From: Candidatus Latescibacterota bacterium
Lineage (GTDB): Bacteria; Latescibacterota; UBA2968; GCA-2709665
Length of the DNA stretch: 64,000 bases
Assembly: GCA_965205485.1 (NCBI GenBank)
Contig: OZ242180.1
Coordinates: 1,824,001 to 1,888,000, forward strand
Direction: 5' to 3'
The notes under the pieces were generated by a model that saw only the letters and a list, made by a program, of their open reading frames with translations, was not told where the DNA came from and did no database searches. How positions within the stretch are numbered: position 1 is the first letter of the stretch; the number at the start of each line of letters is the position of its first letter. The position numbers were made by a program, and so were the translations under genes. Positions 49,164 through 59,282 of this stretch are shown here, one piece after another.

Positions 49164-50352
49164 GGTTCAGGTACCCCCAGATATCCACGACGGGTTTGTT
49201 TTTGAGATCCAGCCTGCGGTACGCCGCGTGCGGCACGCACAGGACCAGCAGGTCGCTCCTCTCCATGACCTCCCGGACGGGCAGCAGGTTCGGGTCCGTG
49301 GTCACGTGCGGGTCCGTGGTCATCACCTCCCTGGCCCGGAACGCCAGGATGTCCTTCAACTTGTAGCTCAGCGAAAACCGTGTGTCGTCGCTGTTCGCCT
49401 TGAAGGCCATGCCAAGCAGGCCGATGCGGAGACGGCGCAGGTCGCCGTACCGGTTGCGAATCTCCTCGACCAGGTAGTTCACCAGGCCCTGGTTGACGTT
49501 CATGGCCGCCCGTCCCAGCGTGAAACCGTCGCTGGCGAAGGCGGCCAGCTGCATGGTATCCTTCAGCAGGCACGGGCCCGCCGCGAATCCCGCGGAGGGG
49601 ATGTCCCGGGCGCGAGGGTAGTCCTTCTTCATACCTTCGAGTACCCGGCTGTAGTCCACGCCCGCGGCGTTTGCGATCGTATAGAACTGGTTCGCGGTTG
49701 CAAACTGGATATACCGGTACGCATTGCTGAACAGTTTCGCGAACTCGGCTTCGATGGGCGTCAGGTGAACGATCCCCGGCGAGATCCGCCTGAAGAGGGC
49801 TGCGGCCTCCCGTTCGGCTTCATCCGTGGTTCCGCTGACGATCTGGGTGAGCAGCGGGATTTCCTCGATGGCCTGGCCCTGAACGATGCGTTCGGGGCAA
49901 AAGGAGACCTTGGGGTTTCTGCCGTTCGCGCGCAGGTAGTCGTACAGCCAGTCCGTTGTCCCGGGGGAAACCGTGGACCGGAGCACCACAAGCTGATCGT
50001 CGGACAGATGCGGCAGCATGTCGTCCGCGAGGCTCTTGAAAGTCGAGAGAATGGGCTTCGAGAGTTCGTCCGCGGGCGTGCCGATGGTCACGATCACGGT
50101 GGCCGCGCCGGCCACGCAGGACGTTTCGGACGATACGCTCAGCCGGCCCTTTGCAAGCGCGTTGGCGAGAAGGTCCCCGGCGCCCTTCTCCTCGAAGGGC
50201 ATCCGCCCCTCGCCGATCAACTCGAGAGACGCCTCGTTGATGTCGCAGACGATAACGCGCAAGCCCTTGCCGGCGAAAGTCAGCGCCAGCGGCAGACCCA
50301 CCCGGCCGGCCCCGCCCACAATACAGATGTCATTTGCGTATCCGGTGGTCAT
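49156..50352 (-). CDS. Nucleotide-sugar dehydrogenase (UDP-Glc/GDP-Man/UDP-ManNAc DH family)
   Basis: GAGRVGLP, LRSTVSPG, CPER, AEFAKLFSN, GPCLLKD, GMAFKANSDDTR. Confidence 0.92.
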   Translation of the reverse strand: MTTGYANDICIVGGAGRVGLPLALTFAGKGLRVIVCDINEASLELIGEGRMPFEEKGAGDLLANALAKGRLSVSSETSCVAGAATVIVTIGTPADELSKPILSTFKSLADDMLPHLSDDQLVVLRSTVSPGTTDWLYDYLRANGRNPKVSFCPERIVQGQAIEEIPLLTQIVSGTTDEAEREAAALFRRISPGIVHLTPIEAEFAKLFSNAYRYIQFATANQFYTIANAAGVDYSRVLEGMKKDYPRARDIPSAGFAAGPCLLKDTMQLAAFASDGFTLGRAAMNVNQGLVNYLVEEIRNRYGDLRRLRIGLLGMAFKANSDDTRFSLSYKLKDILAFRAREVMTTDPHVTTDPNLLPVREVMERSDLLVLCVPHAAYRRLDLKNKPVVDIWGYLNLE

Positions 50353-50427
50353 ATTCGCAACGGCTCATTGTGCCGATGATGTCGTTGGCGTGAAGGTTTT
50401 AGGGCTTGTGAATCTGAAGGTTTGAAG

Positions 50428-50451
50428 GTGGGGCAGACATTCCTGTCTGCC
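50428..50451 (+). repeat. REP GTGGGGCAGACATTCCTGTCTGCC
   Basis: Identical to the copy at 37806. Confidence 0.88.
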
Positions 50452-50493
50452 GAAGCCGATCTGCTCGTCCCTGTCAAGCCAGGGTTCAAGATA

Positions 50494-51597
50494 TCACCTC
50501 AGCGACCGTTCATATACGCGCTCCTGCTCCATGGCAATCCGGTCCCAGGAAAAGTTGGCGGCCCACGCCCTCCCGTTATTGCCGAGGTCCGCGCGCAGCC
50601 GGGAATCCTCGAGCAGGCGTTTCATGGCGCCCGCGAGGGCTTCCGGGTCCTCCGCCGGCACGAGCAGGCCGGTCCGGTCCCGCTGGATGGCGTCCACGAG
50701 CCCGGGGATCTCCGTGCCGATCACCGCTTTCCCGGCGGCGCCGGATTCGATCGCGGCGATGCCCCACCCCTCGTATCGGGAAGGCTGACAGGTGAACAAC
50801 GCGCCGGCGTAGAGGTTCCACTTTTCCGCTTCCGAAACAGGCCCCGTGAGTTCCACGCGATCCGATATGCCCAGGGAACGGGACTTTGACATCAGTTCGT
50901 GCTGTCGAGCCTCCGTGCCCCGACCCGCAAGGACCAGGCGGACTTCCGGATGCGCCGGTTTCAGCCTGGCGAATGCCGGGAGCAGAACGTCGATGCCCTT
51001 GTTGTAGGTGTCCAGCCGCCCGAAGAAGAGAATATAGTCCTCTTCGCGAGTCTCTGCCAGGGCCGGATGACTCACGCCGTTGCAAACCGTATGAACGGGT
51101 GTGTTCGGGCGTGTTCGCCTCTCCAGGTGGAGGGCGGTACTCGGAGAAACGGCGATGATCCGGCGGTGCAGCCGCGTGTGGAGGCCTTCGGCGGCGGCGG
51201 CCAGAAGACCGATCCCGGGGTATTTCCGCGTGGCGTGCGCGGCTATGGGATGGTGAAAGACCATCACCGACCGCGCCCGCCGGGACGGAAGCGCGTACAC
51301 GGGCGAGAACGCGGAAAAGTCGTACACCCAGAGGTCGAAGGGCCGCTTCGCCAGCGCACGGGACGCCAGCGCCGAAAAGCTCAGACGGCTGAACAGATAG
51401 TTCCGGCTCGTCCCCACCCTGCGGATGCGGATGCCGTCGCGGTCTTCCTCCCTGGCGGCGCCGGGAAAGTGACCCGTCAGGAGGGTGATCTCGTGCTTCC
51501 GGGCGAGGCGCCGGTTGATTTCCATGGCCCTCACCGCGCCGCCTCCTCCGCACCAGGGGTTGTCCACGTCGTCGTAGATGGTGTGGAGGATCTTCAT
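50494..51597 (-). CDS. Glycosyltransferase family 4
   Basis: FGRLDTYNKG; PSRYEGWGIAAIE. Confidence 0.92.
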   Translation of the reverse strand: MKILHTIYDDVDNPWCGGGGAVRAMEINRRLARKHEITLLTGHFPGAAREEDRDGIRIRRVGTSRNYLFSRLSFSALASRALAKRPFDLWVYDFSAFSPVYALPSRRARSVMVFHHPIAAHATRKYPGIGLLAAAAEGLHTRLHRRIIAVSPSTALHLERRTRPNTPVHTVCNGVSHPALAETREEDYILFFGRLDTYNKGIDVLLPAFARLKPAHPEVRLVLAGRGTEARQHELMSKSRSLGISDRVELTGPVSEAEKWNLYAGALFTCQPSRYEGWGIAAIESGAAGKAVIGTEIPGLVDAIQRDRTGLLVPAEDPEALAGAMKRLLEDSRLRADLGNNGRAWAANFSWDRIAMEQERVYERSLR

Positions 51598-51609
51598 GGC
51601 GTGTCCGCG

Positions 51610-52140
51610 CTATGTCCCGGCCTTGAGGATGCGATTGATGATCGCGGTCGTGGACGTCTTGAAAGCCGTGGAAACCGTTGCTACACGGCCCCCGGCGTCT
51701 TCCACCACCTCGCGGGCGACGATCTGATCCGGGGAATAGTCCCCGCCCTTTACGAGGACGTCGGGCAGCAGTTGTCGAAGGATTTCGTGCGGTGTGTCTT
51801 CCTCGAATACGCAGATATAGTCGACGGCTTCCATGCCGGACAGCACGCCGATCCGTTCCTCGATCGACAGAATCGGGCGGCCTCTGCCCTTGATGCGGCG
51901 GACGGAGTCGTCGCTGTTGAGCGCCACGACGAGCGCGTCGCCCAGGGCGCGCGCCCGCTGAAGAAAAGCCACGTGGCCGGGATGGATCAGGTCGAAGCAG
52001 CCGTTCGTGAAGACCAGCCTTGCGCGGGTTCGTTTGAGACGCCGCCGGACCTCTCTGGCCTGATCCAGCGTAAGGACCTTTCCGCCACCGGCGTCGGGAT
52101 CGAATCGAGGGCTCGCGTTGCGCGCGTTGTCGGGAGTCAT
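51610..52140 (-). CDS. rfaE2: D-glycero-beta-D-manno-heptose 1-phosphate adenylyltransferase (stand-alone RfaE domain II)
   Basis: VFTNGCFDLIHPGH, LNSDDSVRRIKG, LVKGGDY, STTAII. Confidence 0.9.
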   Translation of the reverse strand: MTPDNARNASPRFDPDAGGGKVLTLDQAREVRRRLKRTRARLVFTNGCFDLIHPGHVAFLQRARALGDALVVALNSDDSVRRIKGRGRPILSIEERIGVLSGMEAVDYICVFEEDTPHEILRQLLPDVLVKGGDYSPDQIVAREVVEDAGGRVATVSTAFKTSTTAIINRILKAGT

Positions 52141-52148
52141 GTCGGACC

Positions 52149-52745
52149 CTACAACACGCCTTTGGTGGAGGGAATCCCCACGACGCCGGGGTCCTGTCCG
52201 CATGCCTGCCGGAGCGCCCGGCCGGCAGCCTTGAAAATCGCTTCGGTGGCGTGGTGGGCGTTTGTCCCGCGAATCAGGTCGATATGTGCGTTCAGCCGCC
52301 CGTGGTCCGCGAGCGACCGGAAGAATTCCGGGCTCATCGCCGTGGGGTACGCGCCGACCATTTCGTCGGGCATGTCGGCGTTGTAGACCAGGAACGGCCG
52401 GCCCGAGAGGTCGACGGCCGCGCGCGCAAGGGCTTCGTCCATAGGTACGAAACTGTGTCCGAAGCGCGTGATGCCCGCCTTGTCGCCCAGCGCTTCGGAA
52501 AATGCCCTGCCCAGACAGATGCCCACGTCTTCCACCGTGTGGTGCGCGTCCACGTCCAGGTCGCCCCGGCAGGCCACGTCCAGGTCGAAGCCTCCGTGCC
52601 GGGCGAACGCGTTGAGCATGTGGTCGAAGAAACCGATTCCGGTTTCGAGCCGGCAGTCTCCGGACCCGTCCAGGTTCAGCGTGAGGTCGATGTCGGTTTC
52701 CGATGTCTTGCGTTGTATGCGGTGGGCGGTGCGAAGGACCGGCAT
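52149..52745 (-). CDS. hisB: Imidazoleglycerol-phosphate dehydratase
   Basis: DAHHTVEDVG; PMDEAL; NAHHATEAIFKA; PSTKGVL. Confidence 0.97.
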   Translation of the reverse strand: MPVLRTAHRIQRKTSETDIDLTLNLDGSGDCRLETGIGFFDHMLNAFARHGGFDLDVACRGDLDVDAHHTVEDVGICLGRAFSEALGDKAGITRFGHSFVPMDEALARAAVDLSGRPFLVYNADMPDEMVGAYPTAMSPEFFRSLADHGRLNAHIDLIRGTNAHHATEAIFKAAGRALRQACGQDPGVVGIPSTKGVL

Positions 52746-52797
52746 GGGGGTTAACCTTTCCCGTGTCGTGTTTCCAGGTCAGGATTGATGATGTGTA

Positions 52798-53877
52798 TTA
52801 TACACACGCATCCTTGAGTGTCTCTTCGAGCGCGTCCAGAAAGAGGGTGTTTTCCTCTGCCTTGCCGATGCTCACGCGCAGGGCGTTGCCGAGCCGAGGA
52901 TACGAGGTCACGTTGCGGATGAGGATGCCCTTTTCGATGAGCCCGTTGAAGACCCGGGCCGGATTGCCGACTTCGAAGAGGATGAAGTTGGCATGTGACG
53001 GCCGGGGGCGGACGCCGTCGATTTCCCGAAGGGCCGCGAACACCCGCTCGCGTTCATCACGGATCGTCCTGACGCGTTCCCGGATCAGACTGTCGTGTTT
53101 CAGAATGTGCAGCGCCGCTGAATGGGAGAAGACGTTGATGTCGAACGGCACTTTGGCTTTCAGGACCTCCCGGGCGATCTCAGGATGCGCCATCAGGTAG
53201 CCGATGCGTATACCCGCTGCGCCCAGGGCTTTTGAAAAGGTCTTCAACACGATGAGATTGGGATATTCCCCGATCAGGTCGCGGGCCGTCTCATCGCTGA
53301 ACTCCGCATAGGCTTCGTCCACCATCACCAGCGCGTCGGTTTGCTCGAGCAGGGTTCTGAGGTCCGCACTGGAGACGACGCAGCCCGTTGGGTTGTTGGG
53401 GGAACCGAAGATGACCATGTTTGCCGATTCCCGACGGACGGCTTCCCGGATTTCCGGCAGGTCGAAAGCGTATTCCGCCGTGAGATCCACCGGAACCACG
53501 CGACCCCCGAAGAAGCCCGTGTAGAGCCCGTACAACGAAAAGCTGGGCGACGGGATGACCACCGGCGCGCCGGGGCGGGTGCTGACGGCCAGAACGAGCT
53601 GTACCAGGGTATTGGAGCCGTTGCACACGATCAGCCCGTCCGGACGCCAGCCGGCGAAGTCGGCCAGGGCTTCCACCAGGTCCATCTCCATCGGCTGGGG
53701 ATAGCGGAACCAGGGCCGCTTCCGGACGTCCGCCAGGATTTCGTCCTTGAGATCGTCCGGAATATCGAACGGGCTTTCGTTCTGATTCAGTTTTACCGGG
53801 CAGTCGTAGCGCGTCAGGTGGTACCCGTCCGCGGACCGGATTTCCGGCCTGATGCGTTTCAGTGGCGGATCGATCAT
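52798..53877 (-). CDS. hisC: Histidinol-phosphate aminotransferase
   Basis: KLNQNESP, SPNNPTG, DEAY, TFSKALGAAGIRIG; operon position. Confidence 0.93.
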   Translation of the reverse strand: MIDPPLKRIRPEIRSADGYHLTRYDCPVKLNQNESPFDIPDDLKDEILADVRKRPWFRYPQPMEMDLVEALADFAGWRPDGLIVCNGSNTLVQLVLAVSTRPGAPVVIPSPSFSLYGLYTGFFGGRVVPVDLTAEYAFDLPEIREAVRRESANMVIFGSPNNPTGCVVSSADLRTLLEQTDALVMVDEAYAEFSDETARDLIGEYPNLIVLKTFSKALGAAGIRIGYLMAHPEIAREVLKAKVPFDINVFSHSAALHILKHDSLIRERVRTIRDERERVFAALREIDGVRPRPSHANFILFEVGNPARVFNGLIEKGILIRNVTSYPRLGNALRVSIGKAEENTLFLDALEETLKDACV

Positions 53878-53966
53878 CGGAAACGATCCAAAATGAGAAC
53901 GCCGCGCCCGCATGGTCGCCGGAGTTCGGCGGTTGCGCGGGCGGGCGGTTTTGGATTGTGCCGGCG

Positions 53967-55262
53967 CTATTCCTGCCGGACACGGATGGCGTTCGCGTGC
54001 GCGTCGAGTCCCTCGGCTTCCGCCAGGGCGATAATGTCGCCGGCCGTCTTCTTCAACCGGCGGTCCGTGTAGGACACGATACTCGAGCTCTTCAGAAAGG
54101 TATCCACGCCCACCGGCGAGGCGAACCGCGCGGCGCCGGCGGTGGGCAGAATGTGGTTCACGCCGGCGTAATAATCGCCGACGGGTTCGGAGGAAGCCGC
54201 GCCCAGAAAGACCGCGCCCGCGTTCCTGACCTCGTTCAGGCGGGACCACGGATCGCGCACCTGGAGTTCGATGTGTTCCGGGGCGATCCGGTTGGCCAGC
54301 CGGATGCCTTCGTCCACGTCCCTTACAATCACGACCGCGCCGAAGTTCCGCAGGGCCTTGCGGACGGCGTCGCGGCGGTCCAGGCGGGCGGCCTGACGCT
54401 CGACTTCGTCGGCAACCTCACTGGCGAGGTTCGAGCTGGGCGTGATACACACCACAGCTTCGAAGCCGCTTCCATGTTCGGCCTGCGACAGCAGGTCGGC
54501 GGCGACGTGCCTGGGGTTTGCCTCCTCGTCGGCCAGGACGACGATTTCGCTGGGGCCGGCGACCATGTCGATGTCGACGGTTCCGAAGACCAGTTTCTTG
54601 GCGATCTGGACGGACGGGTGGCCGGGGCCCACGAGCTTGTTCACCCCCGGGATGGAGGCGGTGCCGTAGGCCAGTGCGGCAACGGCCTGCGCGCCGAAAA
54701 CGCGATAGACTTCATCGACGCCCACGACGTGGGCGGCCGCCAGTACGGCCGGATGCACGGAGCCGTCCGGTCGCGGGGGCGTGGCCATGCAGAGTCGGGT
54801 CACACCGGCGATGCGGGCGGGAATGGCGGCCATCAGCAGCGTTGAGAAGAGCGGGGCGCTGGCGCCGGGAACGAGAATGCCGACCTGCTCGATGGGGAGC
54901 ACCCGCCTGCCGAGTACGACGCCGTCGCCGTCTTCGATGAACCAGGACGTCTGTTTCTGTGCGTCGTGAAACCGTTGAATGTTCTCCGCCGCGGCCCTGA
55001 TGGTTCTGATGAGCCCGGGGTCCGCTTCGCGGTACGCGGCCTGGATGTCCGGCTCCGGCACGCGCATCCCGACCTCCGTAAGATCCACGCCGTCGAGTCT
55101 GCGGGTGTATTCCAGGACCGCGTCGTCGCCGCGTTCCCGCACGGCATTGACGATTTCCTGCGCGGAGGCCAGGAGGTCCGGCTCGAAATCCGTGGTCCGC
55201 GAAAGAATGGCGTTGAGTCTGGGAGAAGGGTTCTCCGGATCGTGGGTGACAACGTCGATCAT
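53967..55262 (-). CDS. hisD: Histidinol dehydrogenase
   Basis: GAQAVAALAYGT, IDMVAGPSE, DLLSQAEH, APEHIE, GDYYAGVNHILPT. Confidence 0.97.
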   Translation of the reverse strand: MIDVVTHDPENPSPRLNAILSRTTDFEPDLLASAQEIVNAVRERGDDAVLEYTRRLDGVDLTEVGMRVPEPDIQAAYREADPGLIRTIRAAAENIQRFHDAQKQTSWFIEDGDGVVLGRRVLPIEQVGILVPGASAPLFSTLLMAAIPARIAGVTRLCMATPPRPDGSVHPAVLAAAHVVGVDEVYRVFGAQAVAALAYGTASIPGVNKLVGPGHPSVQIAKKLVFGTVDIDMVAGPSEIVVLADEEANPRHVAADLLSQAEHGSGFEAVVCITPSSNLASEVADEVERQAARLDRRDAVRKALRNFGAVVIVRDVDEGIRLANRIAPEHIELQVRDPWSRLNEVRNAGAVFLGAASSEPVGDYYAGVNHILPTAGAARFASPVGVDTFLKSSSIVSYTDRRLKKTAGDIIALAEAEGLDAHANAIRVRQE

Positions 55263-55454
55263 TTGCCTCAATCCAAAAAAAACAGCAACGCGGCGACGCG
55301 ACAAAACCCTCCGAAACGGGGCGTTATCGACGTATAGATGGACGTTTTTTCCCTTCACGTCCAGTGACCTGGTGTATCCTGGTAATCAGCAGTCTAATCG
55401 CCTTTATTTACAAGCATATATTCGAATTAACGTTCGAGGACTTACGAATCAAGG

Positions 55455-56375
55455 TTAGTAGATCACTTTGTTCAATGGATATTCGATAATGCCTTCCGCG
55501 CCCTTGTTCTTCAGCAGGGGCACGGTGTCGCGCACGACGCGTTCGTCAACCACGACCTCCACGGCCACCCAGTCGCCGTCCAGCAGGTTGGAAATGGTGG
55601 GGTTGTTCAGCGCGGGAAGCAGCCCAACGACTGCATCCAGGTCTTTCCGCCTTACGTTCATCTTCAGGCCCACCTTGTCTTCAGCCTGGAAGGCGCCCAC
55701 CAGCAGCGTGGCGATATTCCGGGCCTTCTCCCGTTTCCACGGGTCGTCCCATGCGCTTCTGTTGGCAATCAGGCGCGGGGTGGTCTCGAGCAGGTCTTCC
55801 ACAATCCGGAGTTTGTTGGCGCGGATCGAAGACCCGGTTTCCGTGAGCTCCACAATGGCGTCCACCAGACCCGGCTCGTAGGCCCCTCCATCATTTCCCG
55901 GCGTCGCCGCGCCCGCCGTCCTGACCTTGGCCTCCGTGGAACCCCAGGAGAACTCCACTTCCGCCTGTACGCCCCGCGCGTCCAGGTACTTCCGGGTGAC
56001 ATTGACCAGTTCCGTTGCGATGCGCCTGCCCTGAAGATCTTCCACGGTGCGGACGGGCGATTCTTCAGGCACGGCGATAACCCAGCGCGCGGGCTGCGCG
56101 GTGGTTTTGCTGTACGGCAGTTCCGCGACCTCGACGACGTCGGCGTTGTTTTCCAGGATCCAGTCTTTGCCCGTAAGGCCCACGTCGAGCACGCCCCGTT
56201 CCACGTAATGGGCGATCTCCTGCGCGCGAAGGAACAGGCCCTCCAGGTCCGGATCGTCGATGGTCGGGATGTAGGACCTGTGGTTGGCGCGAATCCGATA
56301 GCCCGCGTTCGCGAACAGATCGAGCGTGGACTCCTGGAGGCTGCCCGACGGCAGTGCGATTCTCAAAACCGCCAT
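55455..56375 (-). CDS. hisG: ATP phosphoribosyltransferase (long form)
   Basis: ALPSGSL, RAQEI, DVGLTGKD, DAIVELTETGSSIRAN, C-terminal regulatory domain. Confidence 0.96.
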   Translation of the reverse strand: MAVLRIALPSGSLQESTLDLFANAGYRIRANHRSYIPTIDDPDLEGLFLRAQEIAHYVERGVLDVGLTGKDWILENNADVVEVAELPYSKTTAQPARWVIAVPEESPVRTVEDLQGRRIATELVNVTRKYLDARGVQAEVEFSWGSTEAKVRTAGAATPGNDGGAYEPGLVDAIVELTETGSSIRANKLRIVEDLLETTPRLIANRSAWDDPWKREKARNIATLLVGAFQAEDKVGLKMNVRRKDLDAVVGLLPALNNPTISNLLDGDWVAVEVVVDERVVRDTVPLLKNKGAEGIIEYPLNKVIY

Positions 56376-56477
56376 TGAAGATTCCCCCGCGGCGGGGATA
56401 CTTACGGCCGCCCGCCCGTGTGATTGACGGCCTCAAAATTCACACAATCCATCATACTTGTCAACATAAACCTATAT

Positions 56478-56504
56478 GTAACGCGAATTGGCAATTCGCG
56501 CTAC
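56478..56504. repeat. GTAG-type palindrome GTAACGCGAATTGGCAATTCGCGCTAC
   Basis: 9-bp stem with a GTAG tag on the minus strand; partial second copy at 56509-56520. Confidence 0.65.
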
Positions 56505-56538
56505 GGCCTGGCAATTCGCGGCACGTCCCGCCCTCCGG

Positions 56539-56567
56539 TTGACAAAACCACCGCTGAGGCGTAAGTT
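56539..56567 (+). promoter_or_regulatory. sigma70-type promoter
   Basis: TTGACA-N17-TAAGTT upstream of the phosphoesterase-uvrC genes. Confidence 0.55.
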
Positions 56568-56665
56568 TGTCTTGAATTCAGAAGGTGCCCTCGGGCAGGA
56601 CCTGACACTGACATGATCTCCTTACCCGAACCGAAATCCTGTCTTCGAAAACCACGTACGAACGG

Positions 56666-57169
56666 ATGGTGGCCATGGCACACGCGCATCTGGTGGGACT
56701 GATCGCCGACACGCACGACAACAAGGCTTCTGTGGAGAAGGCGACGGCGTTGTTCAACGAGCGGGAAGTCGGGCTGGTGGTACACGCGGGCGACTATATC
56801 GCGCCCTTCAACGCCAAATGGATGGCCGGCCTGAACGCGCCTATGGTGGGCGTTTTCGGCAATAACGACGGCGAGCGGTTCGGGCTTCGCGCCCAGTTCG
56901 AGTCGCTGGGGGCCATACACCGCGCACCGTACGCATTCACCCACGAGGGCAGGCGTCTGCTGGTTCTTCACGAACCCGACGAGGTGGACGCGCTGGCGGC
57001 AAGCGGCGCCTACGACGTGATCGTCTACGGTCATACCCACGAGATCGACGTCCGCACCGGCGGGACACTGGTTGTCAATCCCGGTGAGGCGGGCGGTTGG
57101 GTGACCGGCCGGTGCACGGTGGGGTTGCTGGACTTGCGGCTGCTGCAGGTCGAAATTCTGGACATTTGA
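56666..57169 (+). CDS. YfcE/MJ0936-family metallophosphoesterase
   Basis: DTHD, HAGD, GNND, GHTH, NPG motifs. Confidence 0.92.
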   Translation: MVAMAHAHLVGLIADTHDNKASVEKATALFNEREVGLVVHAGDYIAPFNAKWMAGLNAPMVGVFGNNDGERFGLRAQFESLGAIHRAPYAFTHEGRRLLVLHEPDEVDALAASGAYDVIVYGHTHEIDVRTGGTLVVNPGEAGGWVTGRCTVGLLDLRLLQVEILDI

Positions 57170-57170
57170 T

Positions 57171-59060
57171 ATGAACCCGGTATCGGAAAACCGTAGCGCG
57201 GCGCCGGCGGGAATGAGCCGTAAGGCCGTACGCAGGCGACTCAATGAGATTGTGTCTCATATGCCGCGGGAACCCGGTGTGTATATGTTGAAGGACGAAC
57301 GGGGGCGGATCATATATATAGGAAAGGCGAAGTGCCTGCGAAGCCGTGCGCAATCCTACATCCGGTCCAACGCGTACGACGGACGGCGTCAGTTCCGGGC
57401 GCTCGTACGTAACGCGCGGGACCTGGAATACATCGTAGCGGATACCGAGGTGGATGCCCTGATCCTGGAGTCCAATCTGATCAAGGAGCATAAGCCCCGG
57501 TACAACATAAACCTGAAAGACGACAAGAAGTACCCGTTTGTCCGGATTACGGATGAGCCCTTTCCCAGGATTCTGTTTACACGCGACGTGGTCAAGGACG
57601 GTTCGCGTTATCTGGGACCCTATACGGACGTCAAGGCCCTGCGCCGGACCCTCGAAACCATGCACCGGCTGTTCCGTATACGGAGCTGTGACTACGCGTT
57701 GCCGGCAACGAACGTCCGTCTCTGTCTCGACTATGAGATCAAACGCTGCGACGGCCCCTGCGAGGGGCTTATCCCGGCAGCGGAATACCGCAAGATCGTG
57801 CGCGAGGCCGTGCTGTTTCTGACGGGTCGCCATACGCAGGTGGTGGCAGCGCTGAAGGAACGCATGCGGAATGCGGCCGCCGAACAGCGATTCGAGGAGG
57901 CCGTGGTCTACCGCGACCGGCTCCGTGACCTGGAGCAGACGACCAACCGCCAGAGGGTGGTGTCCGCGGAACAGAAAGACTGGGACACGATCGCGGTAGC
58001 CAGGGAAGACGACGAAGCCTGCTGCGTGGTGATGGAGGTACGCGAGGGAAGGCTGATCGGGAGGCAGCACTATTTCCTGGGCGGCGTGCTGGACGCGCCG
58101 ATCGAAGAGGTGGTTGGCACCTTCGTCCAGTTGCTCTATCTGACGGCATCCTTCGTGCCGGAGGAAATCTGTCTGCCGTGCGATATCGAGTCGCGGGAGA
58201 CCGTGCTGGACTGGCTGAGGGGGCGGGCAGGGGGTCTGGTGGAAATCCGGGTGCCCCAGCGGGGCGACAAGGCACGGCTGGTGAAGATGGCCGAAAACAA
58301 CGCGGCGCTGTTGCTCAGCGAGCGCCGGTTGAGGCGCGAGAACAGGAGGTCACAGGCGCCCGCCGCGGTCGCCGCGTTGCAGCGCGACCTGCGCCTCGAG
58401 CGGCCCCCGAAGCGGATCGAGGCCATGGACATTTCGAATTTCCAGGGTTCGGACCCCGTGGCGTCGCTGGTGTGTTTCGTTGACGGGCGGCCCCGGAAGT
58501 CCGAGTACAGGCATTTCAGGATTACGGGTATCGAAGGCCCGGACGATTTCGCGATGATGCGGCAGGTGGTGACGCGGCGTTTCAAACGCCTGATGGAGGA
58601 GGGACGGGCGTTTCCCGATCTGCTCCTGATCGACGGCGGAAAGGGGCAGCTCTCCAGCGCGGTGGCGGCGTTGAAAGAGATCGGCGTCAGCGATCAGCCC
58701 GTGATCGGCCTCGCCAAGCGTCTCGAGGAAGTCTTCCTGCCGTCCCATTCGGATCCGCAGAATATCCCCAAGGCATCGGCGGCGCTCAAGCTGTTGCAGG
58801 CCGTGCGGGATGAATCGCACCGGTTCGCCGTCACCTATCACCGCAAGTTGAGGCAGAAACGAACGCTGGCTTCCCGTCTGGATGAGCTCGATGGGGTGGG
58901 CCCGGCCCGGCGGAAAGCGATGCTGGCGCATTTCGGATCCATGAAAAAGATCCTGGAGGCAGGCGCATCGGAACTGGCGGCGGTGGAGGGCATCGGACCG
59001 AAGCTTGCCGAACACATCGCGGAACAGCTGGCGATGGATCTGTCGAAACCTACCCCCTGA
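57171..59060 (+). CDS. uvrC: Excinuclease ABC subunit C
   Basis: PGVY..YIGKAK, KPRYNINLKDDKKYP, DISN, LIDGGKGQL, RDESHRFA, HhH end. Confidence 0.97.
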   Translation: MNPVSENRSAAPAGMSRKAVRRRLNEIVSHMPREPGVYMLKDERGRIIYIGKAKCLRSRAQSYIRSNAYDGRRQFRALVRNARDLEYIVADTEVDALILESNLIKEHKPRYNINLKDDKKYPFVRITDEPFPRILFTRDVVKDGSRYLGPYTDVKALRRTLETMHRLFRIRSCDYALPATNVRLCLDYEIKRCDGPCEGLIPAAEYRKIVREAVLFLTGRHTQVVAALKERMRNAAAEQRFEEAVVYRDRLRDLEQTTNRQRVVSAEQKDWDTIAVAREDDEACCVVMEVREGRLIGRQHYFLGGVLDAPIEEVVGTFVQLLYLTASFVPEEICLPCDIESRETVLDWLRGRAGGLVEIRVPQRGDKARLVKMAENNAALLLSERRLRRENRRSQAPAAVAALQRDLRLERPPKRIEAMDISNFQGSDPVASLVCFVDGRPRKSEYRHFRITGIEGPDDFAMMRQVVTRRFKRLMEEGRAFPDLLLIDGGKGQLSSAVAALKEIGVSDQPVIGLAKRLEEVFLPSHSDPQNIPKASAALKLLQAVRDESHRFAVTYHRKLRQKRTLASRLDELDGVGPARRKAMLAHFGSMKKILEAGASELAAVEGIGPKLAEHIAEQLAMDLSKPTP

Positions 59061-59282
59061 CCCCCTTCCTGAAGGAAGAAGGAAGAAGGAAGAAGGAAGA
59101 AGGAAAAGGTAGCGGTAACTTTGACCTCTGTCACTTCTGCAATCGGACTCTCTCAAAAACCAAATGGAAGCGGATTGCTGAGGAGAGCGGAAAACCGGCG
59201 GCGTTTCCTTGAAAATCAGAGTATCACAACTGTCCAAAATCGTCTCTTCCAACCACTATCACGACATGATCCACCTGCAACC

